In this document: positions 41,141 to 50,828 of the stretch, piece by piece | How the letters are laid out: each line of letters starts with the position of its first letter | How positions within the stretch are numbered: the first letter of the stretch is position 1 | Source of the DNA: Patescibacteria group bacterium | GTDB taxonomy: Bacteria > Patescibacteriota > Patescibacteriia > Patescibacteriales > UBA12465 | Length of the DNA stretch: 64,000 nt | Reading direction: 5' to 3' | NCBI GenBank assembly: GCA_041651095.1 | Contig: JBAZJV010000001.1 | Span: 19,835-83,834, forward strand | Program-made: the position numbers and the translations under genes | Notes under the pieces: generated by a model | Databases searched by the model: none | Told to the model about the DNA's origin: nothing | The model's input: the letters and a program-made list of their open reading frames with translations, nothing else

Positions 41141-42637
41141 ATGCTTAGACTGCGTTGGCGACAACGGTCATTTTTGTTTAAACTGCGCTTATTTTTAGGC
41201 TTGCTAATCATCCTGCTGGCGGCATTTTTTTTGTATTTGAAAATTTTGCCTGGCGGCCGGATTACTTACGAAAAATCCTGGCCGGCCGGTTTAAGGTCGG
41301 GGAAGGGATTCATCAGCGGTTTCCAGCCGGCCGAACGGTTCGACGACAGCCAATTCCTGCGGATCGTCGCTGATCCGGTTTATTTCTATTTGTTTACGCC
41401 GCGGGCCTTTAATCAGGCCACGGTGACCGTGACTTATCGCGACCGATTGGGTCCGGACGCGCCGCTGGTAGAAATCGGCGTCTTACAGGATAAGCTGACC
41501 GAACGCTATGAATTGCAGCCGTTGCAAAACCGGGTCGTGGATGATCTGCGTTTCCGTTGGTTGCGCTTGGAAGACAGCGCGGATCGGCTGGTATTGCAGG
41601 CGGAGCGGCATTATGATTCCGCGACGGAGTTTTTCCGAGATTTGCGGGCCGGTTATCTCCGGGACTGCCCCGGCGGACCGACCGCCTGCCTGGCGGTTTA
41701 TAATTATGAGCCGGATTTTAATTATCGCCTGCCGGACTATGCGCCGCTTCGTTCCTTGACTATTGATCAGCCGCTCCGCGGTCCGCACCGCTTTTATCTT
41801 TATTTGAAGGATGAACCTTGGCAGCTAAGTTTAGATTTTGTCGATTTAAATCAGGATAAAGCTCAGGATCCGATTACGGTTCAGGTGTCCTGCGGCAATC
41901 GGATCATCGCCAGCCAAACCATCGCCGACCATAATCCGACGCCGAATGACGGCCGTCTGGAAGATAAACATCTGGTTCTAAGCGGCGCGGGCCAGCCGGC
42001 CGGAGCTTGTCTGGCTGATGTCCGCATCAGCTCGGATGTCGTGATGGCCAAGATCGTCAGTTCTTCCGACAAACTGGCTTTCATCGGGCGGGTTTGGCCG
42101 GTCTCCGGCACCGGCTCCTTGCGGCTGTTTACCGATGCGTCTTATCTGACGGCCAGCACGGCCAATCCGGCCAGCTTGGGCGAAATCCACTTTGCCGGCC
42201 GCTCTTTCGCTCTGTCGCAGACTGACGAGCAATTCGTTTTTACGGCCGGAGAAGGCAGCAAGGAAATCGTTGTCGCTAAGGACGATATCATCCTGTCCAA
42301 TAACGGCGTTTTCGCCCTGGCCCGATCCAGCCTGTTCAATCCGGCGTTTTGGAAAGCTGACCGGCCTTGGTCCGCGACCAGCAGCCTGAAATACTTGATT
42401 GCCGATTATGCGCCGCCCCGGGAGGAGGCCGGCTGGAAAACCGCCACGGCTCGGTTATCACTAGCCGGCGCGGCTCGGGAAAACGGCCGATACCGTTTCT
42501 TGCTCTCCATACCGGGGCTGCAGGGACAGCCCGGCGCGGCGGCCGATCTGGAAATCAGAGATCTGCGGATCACTTTAAACGGTTTGACCCTAGGGCAGAA
42601 AATCGCCAATATGTTTAGAAATTTATGGCCGTACTAA
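41141..42637 (+). CDS. Hypothetical membrane-anchored protein
   Basis: 498 aa with an N-terminal TM segment (FLGLLIILLAAFFLYL). Codon usage resembles its neighbours. I recognise no motif. Confidence 0.5.
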   Translation: MLRLRWRQRSFLFKLRLFLGLLIILLAAFFLYLKILPGGRITYEKSWPAGLRSGKGFISGFQPAERFDDSQFLRIVADPVYFYLFTPRAFNQATVTVTYRDRLGPDAPLVEIGVLQDKLTERYELQPLQNRVVDDLRFRWLRLEDSADRLVLQAERHYDSATEFFRDLRAGYLRDCPGGPTACLAVYNYEPDFNYRLPDYAPLRSLTIDQPLRGPHRFYLYLKDEPWQLSLDFVDLNQDKAQDPITVQVSCGNRIIASQTIADHNPTPNDGRLEDKHLVLSGAGQPAGACLADVRISSDVVMAKIVSSSDKLAFIGRVWPVSGTGSLRLFTDASYLTASTANPASLGEIHFAGRSFALSQTDEQFVFTAGEGSKEIVVAKDDIILSNNGVFALARSSLFNPAFWKADRPWSATSSLKYLIADYAPPREEAGWKTATARLSLAGAARENGRYRFLLSIPGLQGQPGAAADLEIRDLRITLNGLTLGQKIANMFRNLWPY

Positions 42638-42840
42638 CCCGGCCGGCGCTGGATCGCGCCGCCATTATCAAGCGGGAAATCTTTTATTTTTTCACGGGCT
42701 TAGCCGTGACTTTGGTGGTCCTGGAAACGCTTTGGCCCGATATCATCCTGGTTTATTTCAATCTGAATTGGCTCTGGCTGCTCTGGCTGCTCAGCGCTTT
42801 AAGCTTATTAATTAAAAAATCACGCCCGAATAAAGAGTAG
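42625..42840 (+). CDS. Small membrane protein, hypothetical
   Basis: 71 aa with two hydrophobic segments. It overlaps the upstream gene by 13 nt. Confidence 0.35.
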   Translation: MAVLTRPALDRAAIIKREIFYFFTGLAVTLVVLETLWPDIILVYFNLNWLWLLWLLSALSLLIKKSRPNKE

Positions 42841-42890
42841 GGTAATAATTAAGCAGGGCCGGCGCTCCGGCGGCCGGCACCATCAAGCCT

Positions 42891-44876
42891 ATGTCTCTTA
42901 AAAATTTTTTTAACCCGCGGTCGGTAGCCGTCGTCGGCGCCTCCAATAATCCGGAAAAATTAGGCCGGCAAATTCTGGACAATCTGCGCGCCGGCGGCTT
43001 TCGCGGCGCGATTTATCCGATTAACCTGAAAGAAAAGAAAATCGCCGGCCAGCGGGCTTATCCTTGCCTGGATAAGGTGCCCGCCGCCGGTCGGCGCGGT
43101 TTACTGGTGGTCATTGCTATCCCGGCGGCTCTGGTGCCGGCCGAAGTGCAGCGTTGCGGCCGCCTGGGAATAAAAGATCTCGTTATCATTACGGCCGGCT
43201 TCAAAGAAAGCGGCGGCGACGGGGCGGCGCTGGAGCAGCAGATCGCGGCTTTAGCCGCGCGCTACCGCCTGAACATCCTGGGGCCGAATTGCCTGGGGCT
43301 GATCAATACCTGGCACGGATTGAACGCGACTTTTGCTAACGCGGACCGGGATACCGGCAACAGCGCCTTGCTGTCGCAATCGGGGGCGATCGGCGCCGCT
43401 TCCTTAGATTGGCTCAAGACCAAAGATTTCAATTTCGGCTATTTCATCAGTCTCGGCAACAAGGCCGTGCTGGACGAGAATCGGATCATGCAGTATCTGG
43501 CGGCGGATAAGCGGATCGATTTAGTGACCGCTTATCTGGAGGAAATCAAGGACGGCCGGCGCTTCATGGCGACTGTTTCCCGTCTGGCCAAGCGCAAGCC
43601 GGTCGCCGTATTGAAAGCCGGCATCAGCGCGGCCGGCGGCGCCCTGGCCAAATCGCATACTGGTTCTTTGGCCGGTTCGGCGGCGGCGGTCCGCGTCGGC
43701 GTGGAACGGTCCGGCGCGATCTGGCTGGATAACCTGGAAGACCTGTTCAACCTGCTGTTGCTATTCCGGAAAGAATCCTGGCATAACCAAGGATCGCCGG
43801 ATTTGCATATCATTACCAATGCCGGCGGCGTCGCGGTAATCACGGTAGATGAAATCAGCCGGCAAAAACTGCCTTTCGGCCGCAGCTTAGATCTCTTGGG
43901 CGACGCGGACGCGGCGCGCTATGAAGCGGCGCTGCGTAAATTACTGGCTGATCCCAAAGTCAATAACCTGCTGGTCTTATTGACGCCGCAGACCTCGACG
44001 GAACCGCTCCAGACCGCTCAGGCGCTGGTCGCGGCAGCCAAAAAATATCCGCGCAAGCTGGTGATGGCCAGTTTCGTCGGGGGTGAAAACGTCAAGACGG
44101 CGCGCGCCCTGTTTGCCAAACACGGCTTGCCCTCCTTTGACTATCCGGAAGAGGCGGTCCGCAGTTTCAAGAAGCTGATCGCTTATAAGCAGTCTCTGCT
44201 CCGCCTGCGACCCTATCAGGTTTCCGTCCGGCGTCCCGCTCCTCGTCCGGCCAATCCGGATTATCTGGCCGCTTTCCGTTTGTTGCGGCAATATGGCATC
44301 CCGGTAGCCAAAATTTCTCGTTATGACGAGAGCCGTCTATCATCTTACGCTTATCCGGCCGTCCTGAAGACGGTCGGTCCGGATTTTTTGCATAAGACGG
44401 ACACCGGCGGCGTCATTGTTAATCTGCGTACGCCGGCTGAGCTGCGCGCGGCGGCTAACGGCCTGCAGCGCCGGCAGGCCCGATCTTTCCGCCGGCCGGA
44501 TAATTATCTGGTCGTCCAGGCCCAGGTCGATCATTTCCAGGAAATCATCCTGGGTTTTAAGCGAGACGAGAGCTTCGGGCCGATCATGATGGTCGGACAA
44601 GGAGGCATTTATACGGAAATTTTCAAGGATTTTAAATTAGCGGTCAGCGATTTGAACCTGGCCGAAGCTCGGCGCTTGATCAGCGAATTGAAGATTTACC
44701 CGATTTTAAACGGCGCCCGCGGTCAGAAAAAATACGATCTCGATGCGCTGGCCCGAACCCTGGTCAAGCTGGCGAGATTAGCCAACGAGCATCCGGAAAT
44801 CAGCGAATTGGATATTAATCCGCTTTTCCTGTTCCGGCGCGGGGTAGCGGCCGGCGATATCCGAATTATTCTGTAG
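42891..44876 (+). CDS. ADP-forming acetyl-CoA synthetase / acetate--CoA ligase (fused alpha-beta)
   Basis: [20 protein letters not shown] CoA-binding N-terminus, a succinyl-CoA-synthetase-like middle region and a C-terminal ATP-grasp domain; 661 aa. Confidence 0.8.
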   Translation: MSLKNFFNPRSVAVVGASNNPEKLGRQILDNLRAGGFRGAIYPINLKEKKIAGQRAYPCLDKVPAAGRRGLLVVIAIPAALVPAEVQRCGRLGIKDLVIITAGFKESGGDGAALEQQIAALAARYRLNILGPNCLGLINTWHGLNATFANADRDTGNSALLSQSGAIGAASLDWLKTKDFNFGYFISLGNKAVLDENRIMQYLAADKRIDLVTAYLEEIKDGRRFMATVSRLAKRKPVAVLKAGISAAGGALAKSHTGSLAGSAAAVRVGVERSGAIWLDNLEDLFNLLLLFRKESWHNQGSPDLHIITNAGGVAVITVDEISRQKLPFGRSLDLLGDADAARYEAALRKLLADPKVNNLLVLLTPQTSTEPLQTAQALVAAAKKYPRKLVMASFVGGENVKTARALFAKHGLPSFDYPEEAVRSFKKLIAYKQSLLRLRPYQVSVRRPAPRPANPDYLAAFRLLRQYGIPVAKISRYDESRLSSYAYPAVLKTVGPDFLHKTDTGGVIVNLRTPAELRAAANGLQRRQARSFRRPDNYLVVQAQVDHFQEIILGFKRDESFGPIMMVGQGGIYTEIFKDFKLAVSDLNLAEARRLISELKIYPILNGARGQKKYDLDALARTLVKLARLANEHPEISELDINPLFLFRRGVAAGDIRIIL

Positions 44877-44881
44877 CTTAT

Positions 44882-45595
44882 ATGTATAACGGCCAAAAAA
44901 TCATCGTCGTCCTGCCGGCCTATAATGCCGCCCGGACCCTGGAGCGGACCGTCCGGGATCTGCCAGCTTCGGTTGATGAAATAATTCTGGTCGACGATCA
45001 AAGCGGCGACGAAACGCTGGCGGTCGCCCGCCGCCTCGGCTTATTCGTTTTTGCCCGCGAACGCAACGGCGGCTACGGCGCCAACCAGAAGACTTGCTAC
45101 CGGCTGGCCTTGGAACACGGGGCGGACATTATCGTGATGATCCATCCTGATTATCAATACGATCCGAAATTGGTCAGGTATTTTGCCGCCTTCATCGCCG
45201 ACGATTATTTTGACGTGATGCTCGGGACGCGGATCCGCAGCCGGCGGGAAACGCTCGCCGGCGGCATGCCGCGCTATAAGTATCTGGCTAACCGGCTACT
45301 GACGATTTTCGAGAACCTGGTTAGCGGCCAGAATCTGTCCGAATGGCATACTGGTTTGCGGGCGTATAGGCGGGAAGTCCTGGAACATATCGACTGGCCG
45401 GCCAATTCCGACGACTTTGTCTTTGACAGCCAGGTATTGTTCCAGATCGTCGCCCGCCATTACCGGATCGGCGAGATTCCGGTGCCGGTCCGCTATTTTC
45501 CGGAAGCCTCCTCGATCAATTTTTGGCGCAGCTGCCGTTACGGCCTGGGCACCGTCGCTACCGCTTTAAAATACTTAATCGGCGGCTTCAAATAA
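44882..45595 (+). CDS. Glycosyltransferase family 2 (polyprenyl-phosphate sugar synthase-like)
   Basis: [21 protein letters not shown]..the DxD region. Confidence 0.8.
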   Translation: MYNGQKIIVVLPAYNAARTLERTVRDLPASVDEIILVDDQSGDETLAVARRLGLFVFARERNGGYGANQKTCYRLALEHGADIIVMIHPDYQYDPKLVRYFAAFIADDYFDVMLGTRIRSRRETLAGGMPRYKYLANRLLTIFENLVSGQNLSEWHTGLRAYRREVLEHIDWPANSDDFVFDSQVLFQIVARHYRIGEIPVPVRYFPEASSINFWRSCRYGLGTVATALKYLIGGFK

Positions 45596-45613
45596 TATTT
45601 TAATCTCCATGGT

Positions 45614-47212
45614 ATGGTTAAAACGGCAGGTCCGATAACCGCTAACGACCACCGGCTCCCGGGCCGGTGGCCCTATTTGATTATTTTGATTTTAGGCCTG
45701 TTGTTATACGGCCGGACCATGTTTTTTGATTTTGTTTACCTGGATGATAACGCCTTGATTCTGGAAAACTATCCGATCATCAGCCGCGTCCAGAACATCG
45801 GCCTGATCTTCGGCCACGACGTCTTTCTTTCCAGTGACCGTTTTTACTACCGGCCTCTTCTGAATTTGTCCTTCATGGCGGACGCGGCCGTGGCCGGTCC
45901 TTTGCCGGTGATTTTCCATCTGACCAATATTCTGCTGCATGTCCTGGCCGCCGGCTTATTGTTTTATTTATTGGTCAAATGGCGGCTTAGCCGCTCTTTG
46001 GCCTTGTGGCTGTCCTTGGTCTTTTTGGCGCACCCGGTTTTGACGCAGGCGGTAGCCTGGATTCCCGGGCGGAACGACTCGCTGCTTGCCGTTTTCGTCC
46101 TGGCCGCCTTCCTGTCTTTCCTCGCTTTCAGCACCCGGCCGCGCCTGCTTTCTTATATCGCTTATCTGGGATTTTTATTCTGCGCCCTGCTGACCAAAGA
46201 AAGCGCGGTTTTCCTGCCGGTTCTGGTTATTTTTTATGCCTGTTTCGTCGAACCGGATCGCGTTGCGCCAAGAGACCGCTGGCTGCTTGCCGCCGGTTCG
46301 GCGGCCGTCGGCGCCCTGTGGTTCGTCATGCGCCATTTGGCTTTGGGCGGCGAAACCACTTCTTATGCGGCCGCTTTCCTGGATATCGGACAGAACGCGC
46401 CGGCGCTGCTGATTTATCTCGGCAAATTGTTATGGCCGTTTAATCTGGCAGTCTTTCCGATATTAGCCGATTCCCGTTTGTGGCCCGGTTGCATCGTCCT
46501 GTTGTTATTAGGAGCGGCCGCCTGGCAATCGCGTCCGCGGCGCAACCGTTATTTCCTGTTCAGCCTGCTCTGGTTCCTGCTATTTTTGTTGCCTTCCTTC
46601 ATTCGCGTCAACGGCTTGCCGGATTTCCTGGAACATCGGCTGTATTTATCATTCATCGGTTTTTTGCTGTTCCTGGCTGAATTGCCGTGGATCAGGTCGC
46701 TAGACTTTAACCGGAAAAATGTTAAGATGATAGGCGTGGCGATTCTGTTAATCTTGGCGGCCTTGACTTGGCAGCATAGCGCCGCGTTCAGCGACCGCCT
46801 GACATTTTGGCAGGCGGCGGCCCAGGCTTCGCCGCATTCGCCGCTCGCCCAGAAGAACCTGGGTGTCATGTATTACCTGGACGGAGATTTTTCGGCCGCC
46901 GAACAGTATTATCAGCGAGCCCTGGCGTTAAACCCCCAGGAGTCGATGGTCCACAACAATCTTGGAGTAATCGATTTATCCCGGCATGATTATGCTTCGG
47001 CCGAGCAAGAATTCCGCCGGGAATTAATAGTCAATCCGCGCTATGATAAAGCCTTATTCAATCTCGGCGACTTGGCTTATCGCCAGCGGCGCTATGACGC
47101 CGCGGCCGATTTCTGGTCGCAAGCCTTAGCCAGCAATCCGTTTTATCAGGAGGCTTATCAGCGCTTGCGCTCGCTGCCCGGCCGGGAGCAATGGCCGCGC
47201 CGGGAACAATGA
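45614..47212 (+). CDS. Polytopic GT-C-like (PMT/ArnT-type) membrane protein with C-terminal TPR repeats
   Basis: About 10 TM segments, an early-loop YLDDNALILEN motif and a C-terminal TPR region (AEQYYQRALALNPQ.., YDKALFNLGDLAY). Confidence 0.55.
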   Translation: MVKTAGPITANDHRLPGRWPYLIILILGLLLYGRTMFFDFVYLDDNALILENYPIISRVQNIGLIFGHDVFLSSDRFYYRPLLNLSFMADAAVAGPLPVIFHLTNILLHVLAAGLLFYLLVKWRLSRSLALWLSLVFLAHPVLTQAVAWIPGRNDSLLAVFVLAAFLSFLAFSTRPRLLSYIAYLGFLFCALLTKESAVFLPVLVIFYACFVEPDRVAPRDRWLLAAGSAAVGALWFVMRHLALGGETTSYAAAFLDIGQNAPALLIYLGKLLWPFNLAVFPILADSRLWPGCIVLLLLGAAAWQSRPRRNRYFLFSLLWFLLFLLPSFIRVNGLPDFLEHRLYLSFIGFLLFLAELPWIRSLDFNRKNVKMIGVAILLILAALTWQHSAAFSDRLTFWQAAAQASPHSPLAQKNLGVMYYLDGDFSAAEQYYQRALALNPQESMVHNNLGVIDLSRHDYASAEQEFRRELIVNPRYDKALFNLGDLAYRQRRYDAAADFWSQALASNPFYQEAYQRLRSLPGREQWPRREQ

Positions 47213-47216
47213 TATT

Positions 47217-48872
47217 ATGATCAAATTACGCGACATCTTCAAACGGCAGATTAACAGCATCACCGCCGCCGCCCTGCTGGTAGCCCTGTCTTCTCTGGCT
47301 TCGCGTTTCTTGGGCGTCATCCGCGATCGTATCTTAGCCGGACAATTCGGCGCCAGCCAGACCCTGGATATTTATTATGCCGCCTTCCGGGTGCCGGATC
47401 TGGTATATAACCTCGTCGTCTTGGGCGCTTTATCATCCGGATTTATTCCGATCTTTACTTCCTTGGTCAAGGATTTCTCGGCCTCCAGGAGCGAACCAGA
47501 TCAGGGCGCCGGCCGCCCCAATCAGGCGGCTTGGGAATTAGCTAATAATGTCTTGAATTATTTATTCCTGGGTCTAAGCATCTTGGCGCTCTTAGGCATA
47601 GTTTTCGCCGACGGCCTGATGCATCTCATTACGCCCGGCTTCGCGCTGGCGGAGCAGGCGGCGACAGCGGCTTTGACCAGGATTATGTTCTTATCGCCCC
47701 TGTTTTTGGGTATTTCCGGTATTTTAGGCGGCATTTTGCAATCCTTCAAACGTTTTGTCGTCTATTCGCTGGCGCCGGTTTTCTATAATCTCGGGATTAT
47801 CGTCGGCGCCGTATTGTTCGTGCCTTGGTTCGGGGTCTACGGCTTGGCTTGGGGCGTCGTCCTGGGTGCTTTTTTGCATATGGCGATTCAGATTCCGGCG
47901 GTCCGCCACCTGGGCTTCCGTTACCGCTTCCAGATCCGCCGCCGCGATCCGGCGACCAGGCAGATCGGCCAGATGATGGTCCCGCGCACCCTGAGCCTGG
48001 CGATTTCCCAGATTAATTTAGTGGTCGTGACCGCCATCGCCTCCAGTTTGGCCGGCGGGTCGCTCGCTGTTTTTAATTTTGCCAATAATTTGCAGTCATT
48101 TCCGATCGGCATTTTCGGCATTTCTTTCGCCATCGCCGCCTTTCCCTCGCTGGCTGCCGCCGCTTTTAATAAGGATGAATTAACCGCGCATTTTTCCCAG
48201 AGTTTCCGGCAGATCCTCTTTTTTATCATTCCTTCGACCGTGCTCATCATCGCCCTCCGAGCTCAGATCATTCGGGTCGTCCTGGGCACCGGGAGCTTTG
48301 ACTGGCAAGACACGATCCTGACCATGAATACTTTGGGCCTTTTCGCCCTGAGCTTGTTCGCCCAGGCGACGATTCCGCTCCTGGTCCGGGTATTTTATGC
48401 TCGCCATAATTCGGCGACCCCGTTCTATATCGGCCTGTTCACGGTCGCCGTCAATACCGCGCTGGCTATTTGGCTGGCGCCGCGCTTCGGCGTGGCCGGC
48501 CTGGCTTTAGCTTATTCCATTGATAATATCCTTAACTTTTTACTGTTGTGGATCTGGCTGTCAATCAAGGTCGGAAATTTGGATCTTGGCAATATTATCC
48601 GTTCAGTGTTAAAATTTACTCTCAGCGCGGTGGCCGCCGGCGGTGCCGCCCAGATCATGAAAGTCCTGATCTGGCCCTATATCGATATGAGCAGATTCAG
48701 CGGCGTCTTTATTCAACTAGTGGTTTCCTCGACTGTCGGCTTAGTAGTTTACGGCGCTTTTTGCTATCTGTTGAAAAGCGAGGAATTTTTCAATCTGATT
48801 ACGGCGATCGGCCGCCGTTGGCCCTTTAAGAAAGTCGGTCTGGACGACCAGGGCGAAGCTAGAGGAGTCTAA
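47217..48872 (+). CDS. murJ: Lipid II flippase MurJ
   Basis: SRFLGVIRDRILAGQFGAS..DIYYAAFRVPDL N-terminal signature; 551 aa and polytopic. Confidence 0.85.
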   Translation: MIKLRDIFKRQINSITAAALLVALSSLASRFLGVIRDRILAGQFGASQTLDIYYAAFRVPDLVYNLVVLGALSSGFIPIFTSLVKDFSASRSEPDQGAGRPNQAAWELANNVLNYLFLGLSILALLGIVFADGLMHLITPGFALAEQAATAALTRIMFLSPLFLGISGILGGILQSFKRFVVYSLAPVFYNLGIIVGAVLFVPWFGVYGLAWGVVLGAFLHMAIQIPAVRHLGFRYRFQIRRRDPATRQIGQMMVPRTLSLAISQINLVVVTAIASSLAGGSLAVFNFANNLQSFPIGIFGISFAIAAFPSLAAAAFNKDELTAHFSQSFRQILFFIIPSTVLIIALRAQIIRVVLGTGSFDWQDTILTMNTLGLFALSLFAQATIPLLVRVFYARHNSATPFYIGLFTVAVNTALAIWLAPRFGVAGLALAYSIDNILNFLLLWIWLSIKVGNLDLGNIIRSVLKFTLSAVAAGGAAQIMKVLIWPYIDMSRFSGVFIQLVVSSTVGLVVYGAFCYLLKSEEFFNLITAIGRRWPFKKVGLDDQGEARGV

Positions 48873-48882
48873 TTATCACATT

Positions 48883-50712
48883 ATGTCAGGAAAAACCGAT
48901 AAAATAAGAAATTTTTGTATCATCGCCCACGTCGATCACGGCAAGTCGACGCTGGCCGACCGGATGCTGGAGATTACCGGCACCGTGGAAAAGCGCAAGA
49001 TGAAGGATCAGATCTTGGACGGCATGGATATCGAGCGGGAGCGGGGCATCACCATCAAGCTGCAGCCGGTGACCATGGATTATCAGGGTTATCGTTTGAA
49101 TCTTATAGATACGCCGGGCCACGTTGATTTTTCTTACGAAGTATCGCGTTCGCTGGCGGCGGTCGAAACCGCCATCTTATTGGTCGATTGCACGCAGGGT
49201 ATCCAGGCCCAGACCCTGGCCAACCTTTATCTGGCTTTAGAGCAGGATTTGACGATCATTCCGGTGGTGAATAAGATTGATTTGCCGGCGGCCGACGTGG
49301 CCAAGACCAAGCGGGAGATTGTTGATTTGCTGGGTTGCCGGCCGGAAGAAATTCTGGCCGCTTCGGGCAAGACCGGCGCCGGCGTCGCCGAAATTCTGGC
49401 GGCCGTGATCAAGCATGGGCCGGCACCACAGCCGTCATCGCCGCCTGCCGCGTTTGAAGATTTTCCGCGCGCCTTGGTCTTTGATTCCAAATATGACATC
49501 TATCGCGGCGTCGTCGCTTATGTCCGGGTCTTTGACGGGACTCTAAATAAGGGGGATAAGATCAAGCTCTTGTCGACCGGCGTAGTCAGTGAGATCCTGG
49601 ACTGCGGCCTGTTCAAGCCGGACTATTTTTCCACCGGCACTTTGGACGCCGGCGCTATCGGCTACGTTGTTACCGGCTTTCGGGCGGTTGCCGATTGTCG
49701 CGTCGGCGATACGCTCACGGCTCGGCAGGGCGTAGCCGAGGCCGCATCCGTTGAGCCCTTGGCCGGTTATAAGGAAGTGAGGCCGATGGTCTTCGCCGGC
49801 ATTTTTCCCCGCGAGGGCAATGATTTCAAGGAGTTGCGCGAAGCGATGGAGAAATTAAAATTGAATGACGCGGCCCTGGCTTATGAACCGGAGCGCTCGG
49901 ACGCGCTGGGCTTCGGTTTCCGTTGTGGTTTCTTAGGCCTCTTGCATCTGGAAGTCTTTCAGGAGAGGTTGCGGCGGGAATACGGTCTGGATCTGATTGT
50001 CACGGTGCCCAGCGTCGCCTATAAAGTCAGGAAATCCGACGGGGAAGAGGTCATCATCCGGACGCCGCAGCGCTTGCCGGAACCGAACCAGGTCGAAACG
50101 ATCGAAGAACCTTGGGTCAAGCTGGATATTGTTACGCCGAAATCATATCTCGGGAATGTCATGCAGCTGGCGCAGGAAAAGCGCGGTATTTATAAAAATA
50201 CAGAATATTTGTCATCCGAAGGCGAAGATAGCCGGACGCTGCTCCACTATGAGATGCCTTTATCCGCTATCTTGACGGATTTCTATGATAAGATCAAAAG
50301 CATTTCCGCCGGCTATGCTTCCATTAACTACGACTATCTGGATTATCGGCCGGCGGACGTGGTCAAGCTGGATATCCTGGTAGCGGAAGACATCGTCGAG
50401 GCTCTGGCGACTATTGTTTATCGCGATGACGCCTATCGCCAGGGACGGCAGATCGTCGAAATTTTGAAAGATAATTTGCCCAAGCAGCTGTTCGCCGTGA
50501 AAATCCAAGCGGCGCTCGGCGGCAAAGTGATCGCCGCCGAAAAACTCTCCGCGTTGCGCAAGGATGTGACGGCCAAGCTCTATGGCGGCGATGTCAGCCG
50601 CAAGCGCAAGCTCCTGGAAAAGCAGAAAAAAGGCAAGAAGAAGATGGCCACCGCCGGCAAGGGTAGCGTCGAGATTCCGCCCGATACCTTCGTTAAAATT
50701 TTAAAAAGATAA
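48883..50712 (+). CDS. lepA: Elongation factor 4
   Basis: IRNFCIIAHVDHGKSTLADR, DTPGHVDF, NKIDL and the LepA C-terminal domain (KLYGGDVSRKRKLLEKQKKGKK). Confidence 0.95.
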   Translation: MSGKTDKIRNFCIIAHVDHGKSTLADRMLEITGTVEKRKMKDQILDGMDIERERGITIKLQPVTMDYQGYRLNLIDTPGHVDFSYEVSRSLAAVETAILLVDCTQGIQAQTLANLYLALEQDLTIIPVVNKIDLPAADVAKTKREIVDLLGCRPEEILAASGKTGAGVAEILAAVIKHGPAPQPSSPPAAFEDFPRALVFDSKYDIYRGVVAYVRVFDGTLNKGDKIKLLSTGVVSEILDCGLFKPDYFSTGTLDAGAIGYVVTGFRAVADCRVGDTLTARQGVAEAASVEPLAGYKEVRPMVFAGIFPREGNDFKELREAMEKLKLNDAALAYEPERSDALGFGFRCGFLGLLHLEVFQERLRREYGLDLIVTVPSVAYKVRKSDGEEVIIRTPQRLPEPNQVETIEEPWVKLDIVTPKSYLGNVMQLAQEKRGIYKNTEYLSSEGEDSRTLLHYEMPLSAILTDFYDKIKSISAGYASINYDYLDYRPADVVKLDILVAEDIVEALATIVYRDDAYRQGRQIVEILKDNLPKQLFAVKIQAALGGKVIAAEKLSALRKDVTAKLYGGDVSRKRKLLEKQKKGKKKMATAGKGSVEIPPDTFVKILKR

Positions 50713-50715
50713 TTT

Positions 50716-50817
50716 ATGAAGAGACGCAAAGTGATTAAGATCATTTGGATTATTCTGTCCTTCCTGGTCGTGGTTTCCATGGTGGCCTGGACGGCGATGG
50801 TCGGCTTTATCAGTTAA
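50716..50817 (+). CDS. Possible 33-aa single-TM micro-protein (below the ORF-track cutoff)
   Basis: Hand translation gives MKRRKVIKIIWIILSFLVVVSMVAWTAMVGFIS*. It fills the lepA-recJ gap exactly and has a basic N-terminus followed by one TM helix. Confidence 0.3.
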   Translation: MKRRKVIKIIWIILSFLVVVSMVAWTAMVGFIS

Positions 50818-50828
50818 TTTATCCTGTC

